From positions 1-30,825 of the IMG/VR virus record IMGVR_UViG_3300013767_000006: DNA of 30,825 nt; one strand, written 5' to 3'. How positions within the stretch are numbered: position 1 is the stretch's first letter; every line of letters starts with the position of its first letter. The notes under the pieces were generated by a model, which was given only the letters and a program-made list of their open reading frames with translations, was not told where the DNA came from and ran no database searches. This DNA comes from a virus (taxonomy: Duplodnaviria > Caudoviricetes). A program made the translations under genes and the position numbers. This document shows positions 7,686 to 16,037 of the stretch, piece by piece.

Positions 7686-7705
7686 GTTATAACCTCACTC
7701 TCGCT
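7686..7705 (+). promoter_or_regulatory. Putative phage RNA polymerase late promoter
   Basis: GTTATAACCTCACTCTC|GCT; 14-nt core AACCTCACTCTCGC is repeated exactly at 29538; CTCACT core as in T7/T3 promoters; sits at the start of the structural block. Confidence 0.7.
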
Positions 7706-7737
7706 CTAAGCCAAATTTCAGTTTATTAAGAGATTCT

Positions 7738-7941
7738 ATGAGCGATTCCCTCTCAGAGCGTCTTGGGTCCGTCATTACGAAGGACCTCTTGGATGCTCTC
7801 GATGCCTTATACCCTCTCCGCCTCCCCGACCCATCCGCCACTGACCGTGAGATATGGATGGCTGTTGGGGCGCGTCAACTGGTCGAAGTCCTCCATACGA
7901 AGTATGCAGAGGCCAACGACTCCCTCCTGAGTCATTCCTGA
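7738..7941 (+). CDS. Conserved hypothetical protein upstream of portal (gp6.5-position)
   Basis: First ORF after the putative late promoter; LLDALDALYP...REIWMAVG pattern recalled from podovirus genes at this position. Confidence 0.75.
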   Translation: MSDSLSERLGSVITKDLLDALDALYPLRLPDPSATDREIWMAVGARQLVEVLHTKYAEANDSLLSHS

Positions 7942-7943
7942 CC

Positions 7944-8147
7944 ATGTGTTCCGCACCCGACGCACCAAAGAAGCAGGTAGTAAATCCGACACCAACTCCA
8001 GCCCCGATGGCGAACCCTGAAGACACGCCTAACGCAAACACGGTTGGTGGTCTACGGGCCGGATCTGCTGGCCGCAATGCGCTCCGCATTGATCTCTCCA
8101 ACTCTGCCACAACTGGCTCGACTGGCCTGACCATTCCTCGGGGATGA
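7944..8147 (+). CDS. Small virion protein (T7 gp6.7/7.3-like)
   Basis: Starts MC, Pro-rich, GRNALRIDL...GLTIP ending; stop overlaps the portal ATG. Confidence 0.7.
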   Translation: MCSAPDAPKKQVVNPTPTPAPMANPEDTPNANTVGGLRAGSAGRNALRIDLSNSATTGSTGLTIPRG

Positions 8148-9715
8148 CCCAGAACAGCGGCAGTCTGAAGGCGAGGTATGAAAGGCTGAGCACAGACCGC
8201 AACGCTTATCTCGAACGAGGCCGCGACTGTGCCAGGCTGACCATCCCCACCTTACTCCCCCCTGAGGGGAAGACAGCAGCGGGCAGGTTCCCCACTCCCT
8301 ACCAGTCCCTCGGGGCTCGTGGGGTGAACAATCTGGCAGCCAAGCTGCTCCTCGCTCTGCTTCCCCCGAACTCTCCGTTCTTCCGTCTGGTGGTCGATGA
8401 TGCCACCCTGCTGAAGCTCACTGGCAGGAACGACATGAGGGCTCAGGTGGAGAACGCCCTGAGCGGAATGGAGCGGTCTGTGATGTCAAGCATCGAGACC
8501 TCGACAATCCGCACGTCAGCGTTCGAGGGCCTGAAGCTACTCCTCGTGACCGGCAACGTGCTCTTCTACCTGGCCCCTGAAGGTGGCATGAAGGTATTCC
8601 GCCTGGACCGCTACGTGGTCAAGCGGGACCCGATGGGTAACGTGCTGGAAATCATCACCCGCGAGGACGTGTCCCCGATGGAACTCCCTGAGAACATCAG
8701 GGCTGCTGTCATGGCGAACAAGTCAGCCAATGACAACGAGGACACGGTTGAGGTCTACACGTGCATCAAGCGAACCACCAACAAGTGGGACGTTTGGCAG
8801 GAGGCCAACGGCCTTGAGCTTCCCGCTTCCCGTGGCTCCTATCCGCTGGAGAAGACTCCGTGGATTGCCCTCCGCTTCGTAGCGGTAGACGGTGAAGACT
8901 ACGGGCGCGGCTTTGTCGAAGAGTACCTCGGGGACCTCCAGTCCCTCAACGCTCTCCGCAAGGCCATCGTTCAGGGGTCTGCTGCTGCCGCTAAGGTCCT
9001 GTTTCTTGTCAAGCCCAACGGCTCCACGAAGCTCCGCGTACTCACCGAATCAGAGTCAGGAGCGGTAAAGGAAGGCAACGCTGAGGATGTGACTGTCCTG
9101 CAAATGGACAAGTACGCAGACTTCAAGATTGCCAAGGATACCTGCGACACCATCACCAGCGAACTCTCCTTTGTCTTCCTGCTCAACACCGCGATTCAGC
9201 GTAGTGGCGAGCGGGTGACCGCTGAAGAGATTCGTTACATGGCGAACGAGCTGGAGGCTTCCCTTGGGGGTGTCTATTCGACACTCTCACAGGAATTCCA
9301 GCTCCCACTGGTGCAGCGCGTGATGTTCCAGATGCAGCGCCAAGGCAAGCTGCCTGACCTCCCGGAAGGGACCGTGAAGCCAGCCATCACCACTGGCATT
9401 GAAGCCATTGGCCGTGGCAATGACCTGACCAAGCTCCAGCAGTTCATGGCTTCGCTTGAGCAACTGGGTCCGCAAGTCGCTCCCACCTACGTCAACATGG
9501 GTGACCTCATCAAGCGTACCGGCGCATCGCTAGGCATTGACATGAATGGCCTCATCAAGACAGACGAGCAGATTGCGGCAGCAGAGCAGCAGGCACAAAT
9601 GCAGAACATGCTTCAGACCCTAGGCCCGAATGCCGTGAACCAGCTTGGTGGTCTCGCCAAGCAGAACATGGCTAACACTCAACAAACAGTGCCCACTCCC
9701 GGGCAAGGACAGTAA
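8144..9715 (+). CDS. Portal / head-tail connector (T7 gp8-like)
   Basis: YQSLGARGVNNLAAKLLLAL, GEDYGRGFVEEYLGDL, GERVTAEEIR, LGGVYS, GIEAIGRG motifs. Confidence 0.96.
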   Translation: MTQNSGSLKARYERLSTDRNAYLERGRDCARLTIPTLLPPEGKTAAGRFPTPYQSLGARGVNNLAAKLLLALLPPNSPFFRLVVDDATLLKLTGRNDMRAQVENALSGMERSVMSSIETSTIRTSAFEGLKLLLVTGNVLFYLAPEGGMKVFRLDRYVVKRDPMGNVLEIITREDVSPMELPENIRAAVMANKSANDNEDTVEVYTCIKRTTNKWDVWQEANGLELPASRGSYPLEKTPWIALRFVAVDGEDYGRGFVEEYLGDLQSLNALRKAIVQGSAAAAKVLFLVKPNGSTKLRVLTESESGAVKEGNAEDVTVLQMDKYADFKIAKDTCDTITSELSFVFLLNTAIQRSGERVTAEEIRYMANELEASLGGVYSTLSQEFQLPLVQRVMFQMQRQGKLPDLPEGTVKPAITTGIEAIGRGNDLTKLQQFMASLEQLGPQVAPTYVNMGDLIKRTGASLGIDMNGLIKTDEQIAAAEQQAQMQNMLQTLGPNAVNQLGGLAKQNMANTQQTVPTPGQGQ

Positions 9716-9864
9716 TGGCAGACGCTACCCCGATCAATACCCCGGAAGCAGAGCAACCGGCCCCCCAGAAGCAAACCAAGCAGAAGGCTCAGCAAGTTCA
9801 GCAGGAAGCGGCCCCCAAAGGCGTCCAACTGGAAACGCATGATGCTGTCCGCGTGGACCACTGA
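9715..9864 (+). CDS. Hypothetical protein (49 aa; not in ORF track)
   Basis: TAATG overlap with portal stop, AAGGA SD; MADATPINTPEAEQPAPQKQ...DAVRVDH; fills the gap before the scaffold gene. Confidence 0.65.
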   Translation: MADATPINTPEAEQPAPQKQTKQKAQQVQQEAAPKGVQLETHDAVRVDH

Positions 9865-9875
9865 GGAGCCTTCAG

Positions 9876-10706
9876 ATGTCCGATAAGCCGAACGCAGTCC
9901 TGGGTAACGAGAACCCCGCAGCGCCTCAACCGGGCACCCCTGAGTACGATGCAGCGATGGCCGCGAAGTTTGATGCGGCTAATCCGCCCACGAACACTCC
10001 GGAAGTTCCCGAGCGCCCTGCTCACGTCCCGGAGAAGTTCTGGAACGCTGATACCGGCCAAGTGGATACCGAGGCATGGGCACGTTCCTACACGGAGCTG
10101 GAGCAAAAGCAATCGACTCCCAAGCAGGAACCTCCGCAGCAACAGCAGACCCAAGAGAAGCCGCAAGGTGACCCTCCGAAGCCTGATGAGGCCGCCGCTG
10201 CGCTGGCAGCCAAGGGCCTTGACATGGCTCCGCTGTCCCAAGAGTTCTCGCAGAACGGCGCTCTCTCGGAGGCTTCCTACAAGAAGCTGGAGGACGCTGG
10301 CATTCCGAAGCCGATGGTCGATGCGTACATCGCAGGCCAGCAAGCTCTGGCTTCCCAGCAGACCGCAGCAGCCCACGAGGTAGCTGGCGGTAAGGAGCAG
10401 TTTGATGCGATGTCGAAGTGGGCAGCTACGGGCCTGAGCCCGGGTGAGATTGATGCCTACAACAAGGCTGTTACAGGCGGTACGTTCGATGAAGCGAAGC
10501 TGGCTGTCGCTGGCCTGCGTGCTCGCTACGAAGCCGTCAATGGCCGCGAGCCTGGCCTTCTGGGCGGTAAGCCGTCCTCGGGTGGTATCGCTGGCTATGG
10601 TTCCACAGCAGAGATGACGGCTGACATGAAGGACCCGCGCTACGAGAAGGACTCGGCTTACCGAGCCCGTGTCCAAGCGAAGCTGGCGGTTACCACGGCC
10701 TTCTAA
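9876..10706 (+). CDS. Capsid assembly scaffolding protein (T7 gp9-like)
   Basis: GAGGAG SD; LSEASYKKLEDAG, VDAYIAGQ, GGKEQF...WA, MKDPRY...YRARVQAKL. Confidence 0.92.
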   Translation: MSDKPNAVLGNENPAAPQPGTPEYDAAMAAKFDAANPPTNTPEVPERPAHVPEKFWNADTGQVDTEAWARSYTELEQKQSTPKQEPPQQQQTQEKPQGDPPKPDEAAAALAAKGLDMAPLSQEFSQNGALSEASYKKLEDAGIPKPMVDAYIAGQQALASQQTAAAHEVAGGKEQFDAMSKWAATGLSPGEIDAYNKAVTGGTFDEAKLAVAGLRARYEAVNGREPGLLGGKPSSGGIAGYGSTAEMTADMKDPRYEKDSAYRARVQAKLAVTTAF

Positions 10707-10709
10707 GCG

Positions 10710-10958
10710 ATGGGCTTCCTTCACATGAAGGGGGCTTCGGTGAACGGCAGTGGCACTCTGCTGGCAACCGCTCGCCCCCTTGGGACCAACAAGATGGACC
10801 TGAGTGACCCCGCCTTGGATCATGGTACGGTCATCTCATACGGCAGTGAGAGCATCCCGATTAATGAGGCCATCCGCATGGGCCTGCTCTGGCGTGACGC
10901 CACCGGGACCCTTGTGGAACTGAATCAGGCTCAGCCGTACACCCGCACCAACCCGTAG
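10710..10958 (+). CDS. Hypothetical protein (82 aa)
   Basis: Fills the space between scaffold and capsid leader; host-like codon usage; function not recognised. Confidence 0.6.
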   Translation: MGFLHMKGASVNGSGTLLATARPLGTNKMDLSDPALDHGTVISYGSESIPINEAIRMGLLWRDATGTLVELNQAQPYTRTNP

Positions 10959-11111
10959 TACCTGCATCAACATCTCAAGCGCAACCGCTGAGGAACAACC
11001 GGCCTCCTGAGGGAGACAACCGGGCACACGTCCGAAGCAGCAGCGCATTGAAGTGAACCCACCAAGGGCATCCCCTGCCCGCCTCTTCATTTCACTTAGG
11101 AATCTACAAAC

Positions 11112-12053
11112 ATGGCTGACGCAACCGTTATCCGTCCCGGGCAAGTCAATGGCGCAGGCGCTACTGATGCTCTTTTCCTGAAGGTCTACGGTGGTGAAGT
11201 TCTGACCGCCTTTGAGCAGAACAACATCGTGATGCCCCTGCACACGGTGCGTACCATCTCCGCTGGCAAGTCGGCTTCGTTCCCGGCAACGTGGCGCGTG
11301 AACGCCCGTTACCACACCCCGGGTACGGAAATCGTTGGTCAAACCTCGAACGTGAACGAGCGTGTCATCTCGATTGATGACCTGCTGATTGCTGATGCCT
11401 TCATCGCAAACATCGATGAGGCGAAGAATCACTACGACTACCGCTCAATCTACTCGGCCGAGACTGGCCGCGCTCTGGCTGCCAACTGGGACAAGAACGT
11501 GCTCCAAGTGATGGCGCTGACGGCCCGCCTTTCGGCAACCGTTACGGGTGCATTTGGTGGTACGCAGCTCACCTCGGCTACCACGCTGTACAAGACCTCG
11601 GCCACTGACCTGGCTGCTGGTATCTATGCAGCGGTCCAGACCTTCGATGAGAAGGACATCCCGGAGACCTCGCAGAAGAACGCCTTCGTGCGTCCCGCTC
11701 AGTACTACCTGCTGGCTCAGTCCACGGCTCTCCTGAACCGTGATTGGACGCAGGGTAACGGTGACTACAAGGACGGCAAGATTCTGAAGATTGGTGGCGC
11801 TTTCATCCAGAAGACCAACCACCTGCCGAACACCAACATCGCCACCGGCCCGGCCGCATACCAAGGCGACTTCTCGAAGACCGCCGCTGTGGTCTCGACC
11901 AAGGAAGCTGTTGGCACCGTGAAGCTGCTGGACCTGGCGCAAGAGATGCAGTACGACATCCGTCGCCAAGGTACGCTGATTGTCTCGAAGTACGCTGTGG
12001 GCCACGGCTCGCTGCGTCCGGAGTGCGCAGTCGAACTGCTGACGACCACTTAA
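11112..12053 (+). CDS. Major capsid protein (T7 gp10-like)
   Basis: ALFLKVYGGEVLTAF, RTISAGKSASF, IDDLLIAD, KYAVGHGSLRPECAVEL; AGGA SD; strongly biased codons. Confidence 0.97.
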   Translation: MADATVIRPGQVNGAGATDALFLKVYGGEVLTAFEQNNIVMPLHTVRTISAGKSASFPATWRVNARYHTPGTEIVGQTSNVNERVISIDDLLIADAFIANIDEAKNHYDYRSIYSAETGRALAANWDKNVLQVMALTARLSATVTGAFGGTQLTSATTLYKTSATDLAAGIYAAVQTFDEKDIPETSQKNAFVRPAQYYLLAQSTALLNRDWTQGNGDYKDGKILKIGGAFIQKTNHLPNTNIATGPAAYQGDFSKTAAVVSTKEAVGTVKLLDLAQEMQYDIRRQGTLIVSKYAVGHGSLRPECAVELLTTT

Positions 12054-12074
12054 GCATCACCTAGCTTCATCCCG

Positions 12075-12119
12075 AGGGGAGTTCTCTTTAACCAGAGGGC
12101 TCCCCTTTTTTGTTTTTTT
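12075..12119 (+). terminator. T-phi-like intrinsic terminator after capsid gene
   Basis: AGGGGAGTTCTCT / AGAGGGCTCCCCT stem followed by a long T run. Confidence 0.88.
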
Positions 12120-12136
12120 CTATCGAGGATTGTCCA

Positions 12137-12724
12137 ATGGCATCTGCCTTAATGACCGAACTGGAAGCCGTCAACATGTGCCTCGCGGCCATTGGCGAAT
12201 CCCCGGTCAATAACATTCAGAACACTGGGCTGGTGGACGTAGCACAGGCCAGAGCGAAGGTCACCGAGTTCAGCCGAACCGTTCAGTCCACCGGCTGGGC
12301 CTTTAACACTGAGCGCAGGTTTCCCCTCACGCGGGCCGATGACGGAACCATCAGCCTCCCCCTCAACGCCTTGAAGGTTTCCGTTGAGCGAGCAGAGAGC
12401 GATGCTGAAGTGGCCCAGCGGGGTTCCCGCCTGTACGACAAGAGAAACCACACGTACATCTTCGATAGGGACCTAACGGCCACGGTGGTCCTCTTCCTGA
12501 ACTGGGAAGAGCTACCTCAAGCGGCGCGTCAGTACATCGCTGTGTGTGCAGCCCGGTCCTTCCAAGGTGTCAACCTCTCCTCGGAAACGCTCGACAGGCT
12601 CACTGAGGATGATGAGGTGCGGGCTCTGGTAGCCCTGAAGGATGCCGAAGGGGACACTGGGGATTACAACATGTTCACGGACAGCTACAGCGTAGCCTCA
12701 GCGTGGATGCGCCCATGCTTGTAA
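12137..12724 (+). CDS. Tail tubular protein A (T7 gp11-like)
   Basis: GAGGA SD before ATG 12137; TELEAVNMCLAAIGESPV, VQSTGWAFNTE, RGSRLYD. Confidence 0.93.
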   Translation: MASALMTELEAVNMCLAAIGESPVNNIQNTGLVDVAQARAKVTEFSRTVQSTGWAFNTERRFPLTRADDGTISLPLNALKVSVERAESDAEVAQRGSRLYDKRNHTYIFDRDLTATVVLFLNWEELPQAARQYIAVCAARSFQGVNLSSETLDRLTEDDEVRALVALKDAEGDTGDYNMFTDSYSVASAWMRPCL

Positions 12725-15027
12725 GCAAGAGCATCCCGAGCCTCTTCAATGGGGTCAGCCAGCAGCCCGCAACGCTGCGTGGGGATACCCAAGGGGAACT
12801 CTCTGAGAACTGCTACCCGGCCATCGCTACGGGCCTTCGGAAGAGGCCTCCGTTGACTCACCTGGCGAAGCTGACTGTGGGTCCCATTGGAGCCGCAACG
12901 GCGCATGTCATCAACCGGGACACTTCTGAACGGTACGCGGTCTTCGTGGCAAGCGGGGGCTTGTCGGTATTCAGTCTGCTGGACGGCTCTCCGCGTACCG
13001 TCAACTACCCAAGCGGGGCCTCCTACCTCGTAGCTTCAGACCCCACCTCAGCGTTCTCGCTGGTTACCGTTGCGGACTACACCTTCATACTGAACAAGAC
13101 GGTAACGGTTCAGCAGACTGGCATCAGCGCGGGGAAGCCTGGCTATGTTGCGTACTTCAATGTCATCTCGTATCAGACCTCAGTGGTCTATAGCATCACG
13201 GTGGATGGCCTCACGGGGACCTACACGACCAATGAGGACTCTCACGATGCGACGTGGGTAGCTGATAGGCTGGCTGAGCAGCTCGTAACGGCGCTCGGTT
13301 CTGGATACGCAGTAGGCAGAGTCCCGGATACCGCTCTTATCAGAGTCGAGAAGCTGAGCGGTCTCATCAGCAGCGCGGGCTGTTACGACGGCTTCGGGAA
13401 TACAGCCACGCTGGACATGTTCAATGACGTGCAGCGGTTCTCCCAGCTACCCACCAAGTTCGACCCGGGGTACACCATCAAGATTATCGGGGACCCGAAC
13501 ACTGGGAACAGCTCGTACTACGTGGAGTTCAAGAACGGGGGGTGGGTAGAGACCATCGCCCCGGGTGTGTACACCCAGCTTGACCCTGCAACCATGCCTC
13601 ACAAGCTAGTTCGGGAAGCGGATGGCACCTTTACCTTCGCCCCCATTGACTGGGCGCCCCGTAAGGTGGGAGACGATGAGTCTGTGCCCGCACCCTCCTT
13701 CGTCGGTCGAACCATCTCCGCAGTGTTCTACTACCGGAGCCGCTTGGGATTCCTGGCCGACGAGAGCGTGTGCCTGTCCCGCTCCGGGGAGTACTACAAC
13801 TTCTGGGGCAAGTCAGCCACAGCCGTGCTCGATACGGACCCTGTAGACACCAACGTGGGCACCACGAAGGTTTCCATCCTGAAGCACGCGGTTCCCTTCG
13901 ATAAGAGCCTCCTGCTCTTCTCTGACCAGACCCAGTTCCAGCTAACGGGCGGTCAGGAGTCCCTTACCCCGAAGTCAGTGAAGGCGGATGTGGCTACCGA
14001 GTTCGATAGCGGCACCGCAGCGCGGCCTGTTGGAATCGGCCAAGCCGTCTATTTTGGGGTGGTGACCAGCGGCCACACTGGCGTGCGGGAGTATTACGTA
14101 GACGCCACCACCCTGACCAACGAGGCAGCGGACATCACCGCTCACGTTCCCAACTATCTCCCCTCAGGGCTCTTCCACTTCGCCGCCAGCTCCGCTGAGG
14201 ACTGCCTGTTCGGCCTGTTCCGCAGCGAGCCGAATGCGGTCTACGTGTACAAGTTCTACTGGGAAGGGAACACCAAGGCGCAGTCTGCATGGTGCAAGTT
14301 TGTGTTCTCTGCGGGGTGCTCGGTGCTGGCTGCCGAGTTCATCGGCAACCGCTGCTACTTCATCGTCAACCGGGGTGACGGAGCATATCTGGAGGTCATG
14401 GACCTTCAGGCCGATGCCGTCGACCCAGCGATGAGCTTCCAAGTCCTCCTAGACCGCAAGGTGACCACATACGGAACCTACGATGCGGGCTCCAACAAGA
14501 CCACATGGGTGCTCCCCTACGCTCCCGTAGGTAGCTCCTATGCCCTCGTTCTGAGTCAGGACTTCTCCAAGAAAGTTGGCATGAAGGTGGACTTCACGTA
14601 CGTGGGCGGGACAAGCATCCAAGCTGATGGCAACTTCAGCGGGGGCCGCGCCTACTTCGGGGAAGCCTACACGCAGCGGTACAGGTTTTCCACGCAGTAC
14701 GTGAAGGACCAGAACAAGGTGGCGATGACGAATGGGAAGCTGAAGATTCGTCGCTTCTACCTTGACTACTCCAGCAGCGGGTACTTCCGCGTGGAGGTTC
14801 AGCCGCAGGCCCGTGACACGTACACCTATGTGTTCTCAGGCAAGGCTTTGGGGACCCCGAGCGCCATCATCGGACAGCCTCCAATCCAGACCGGAACTTT
14901 CTCCTTCCCCGTGCTCACCTCGAACCTTGGGGTCCGCATTGACATCCTCAACGATTCACACCTTCCCGCCACCTTCCAGTCCGCTGGTTGGGAAGGCGAG
15001 TTCGTGTCATTCGGGAGGCGCATGTGA
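12715..15027 (+). CDS. Tail tubular protein B (T7 gp12-like)
   Basis: SIPSLFNGVSQQP, GLRKRPP, TVADYTFILN, PSFVG, RLGFL, QSAW motifs. Confidence 0.93.
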   Translation: MLVSKSIPSLFNGVSQQPATLRGDTQGELSENCYPAIATGLRKRPPLTHLAKLTVGPIGAATAHVINRDTSERYAVFVASGGLSVFSLLDGSPRTVNYPSGASYLVASDPTSAFSLVTVADYTFILNKTVTVQQTGISAGKPGYVAYFNVISYQTSVVYSITVDGLTGTYTTNEDSHDATWVADRLAEQLVTALGSGYAVGRVPDTALIRVEKLSGLISSAGCYDGFGNTATLDMFNDVQRFSQLPTKFDPGYTIKIIGDPNTGNSSYYVEFKNGGWVETIAPGVYTQLDPATMPHKLVREADGTFTFAPIDWAPRKVGDDESVPAPSFVGRTISAVFYYRSRLGFLADESVCLSRSGEYYNFWGKSATAVLDTDPVDTNVGTTKVSILKHAVPFDKSLLLFSDQTQFQLTGGQESLTPKSVKADVATEFDSGTAARPVGIGQAVYFGVVTSGHTGVREYYVDATTLTNEAADITAHVPNYLPSGLFHFAASSAEDCLFGLFRSEPNAVYVYKFYWEGNTKAQSAWCKFVFSAGCSVLAAEFIGNRCYFIVNRGDGAYLEVMDLQADAVDPAMSFQVLLDRKVTTYGTYDAGSNKTTWVLPYAPVGSSYALVLSQDFSKKVGMKVDFTYVGGTSIQADGNFSGGRAYFGEAYTQRYRFSTQYVKDQNKVAMTNGKLKIRRFYLDYSSSGYFRVEVQPQARDTYTYVFSGKALGTPSAIIGQPPIQTGTFSFPVLTSNLGVRIDILNDSHLPATFQSAGWEGEFVSFGRRM

Positions 15028-15488
15028 TTACCCGTAAGGCAACCATAGCGGACGCAGCGGCGCTCTTCCCACGGCTCCGTGAAGCTGACCGAAAGGAAAT
15101 CGCCCTGTCATCCGGGGACCACACTGCAAGCGTTCTCGTGCGGTCCATCGAAGCCTCTGAGGAGGCATGGGCTGTGCTGAACGATGCTGGTGAGGTCTTC
15201 GTGCTGTACGGGGTAGCGAGGCTGGGGAAGTTCGGGGGGCCGTGGATGGTTGCCTCTCCGGAGGTCTACCGACACTCGAAAGAACTGGTGAAGACCGGGC
15301 GGGAGTGGGTTGTTTCCCTCCTGCCCCGCTACTCCCGACTGTTCAACTTCGTCCACGCGGAGAACCTCCGGTCCATCGCCTGGCTCAAGCGGCTGGGCTT
15401 CACCATCGGGGAGCTGGTTCCTGACTTTGGAGCTGGCAAGGCTCCGTTCCATTTCTTCTATCAGGACCCTCCATGTGTGAGCCAGTAA
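15024..15488 (+). CDS. Internal virion protein A (T7 gp13-like, GNAT-like fold)
   Basis: GTG 15024 with GGGAGG SD; LREADRKE, LFNFVHAENLRSIAWLKRLGF; synteny. Confidence 0.8.
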   Translation: MITRKATIADAAALFPRLREADRKEIALSSGDHTASVLVRSIEASEEAWAVLNDAGEVFVLYGVARLGKFGGPWMVASPEVYRHSKELVKTGREWVVSLLPRYSRLFNFVHAENLRSIAWLKRLGFTIGELVPDFGAGKAPFHFFYQDPPCVSQ

Positions 15489-16015
15489 CAATCAGCACCA
15501 CTACGGCCCTCGCTATCTCTGCGGCGATGGCCGCAACGTCAGCGGCAGTCAGCTACGTCACAGCCGAGAAGCAGGCAGACCGGCAGTCAGATGCGATTCA
15601 GAGGGCGTATGACGATAACGTCAACCAGATTCGCAATCAGCAGGCAGAGCAGGATTCACAGACGAAGGACCAGATGTCTGAGCGGGCTCGCCAGGCAATG
15701 ATGGAGACCGCACACCTCCGCGCTCTTGCCAACGAGTCCGGGACCTCGGGAGGCTCGAATGATCGAGTCACCAATGAGGCCAACTTCAATGCGGGCCAAG
15801 ACATGGCAGCCATCGAAGGCAACTCGCAGGCGGCTCAGCGGCAGCTTGCTCAGGCAGCGCGCAGCGGCTACGCCACGGCAGTCAGTAGGCAATCGCAGGT
15901 TGCTCAGCCGAGTCTCATCGGCACGGGCCTCCAGATTGGCGCAGCCTACGCGAACTACAAGGTCGGGCTAGCGAACCTCAACTCTCGCAGCCCGGTCACC
16001 GCAGGAACCACCTAA
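15473..16015 (+). CDS. Internal virion protein B (T7 gp14-like)
   Basis: MCEP N-terminus, Ala/Gln-rich helical, ESGTSGGS; synteny. Confidence 0.8.
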   Translation: MCEPVTISTTTALAISAAMAATSAAVSYVTAEKQADRQSDAIQRAYDDNVNQIRNQQAEQDSQTKDQMSERARQAMMETAHLRALANESGTSGGSNDRVTNEANFNAGQDMAAIEGNSQAAQRQLAQAARSGYATAVSRQSQVAQPSLIGTGLQIGAAYANYKVGLANLNSRSPVTAGTT

Positions 16016-16037
16016 CATCCACTATCCGAGGATAGGA

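Noticed and set aside
12020-12075. T7 10A/10B-type capsid frameshift extension
   Set aside because: No slippery sequence is visible before the stop, and the terminator follows immediately.
16013-16030. Weak promoter-like strings (TAACATCCACTATCCG; also 1261, 22862, 26770)
   Set aside because: Too many mismatches or gaps relative to the two exact copies to call by eye.
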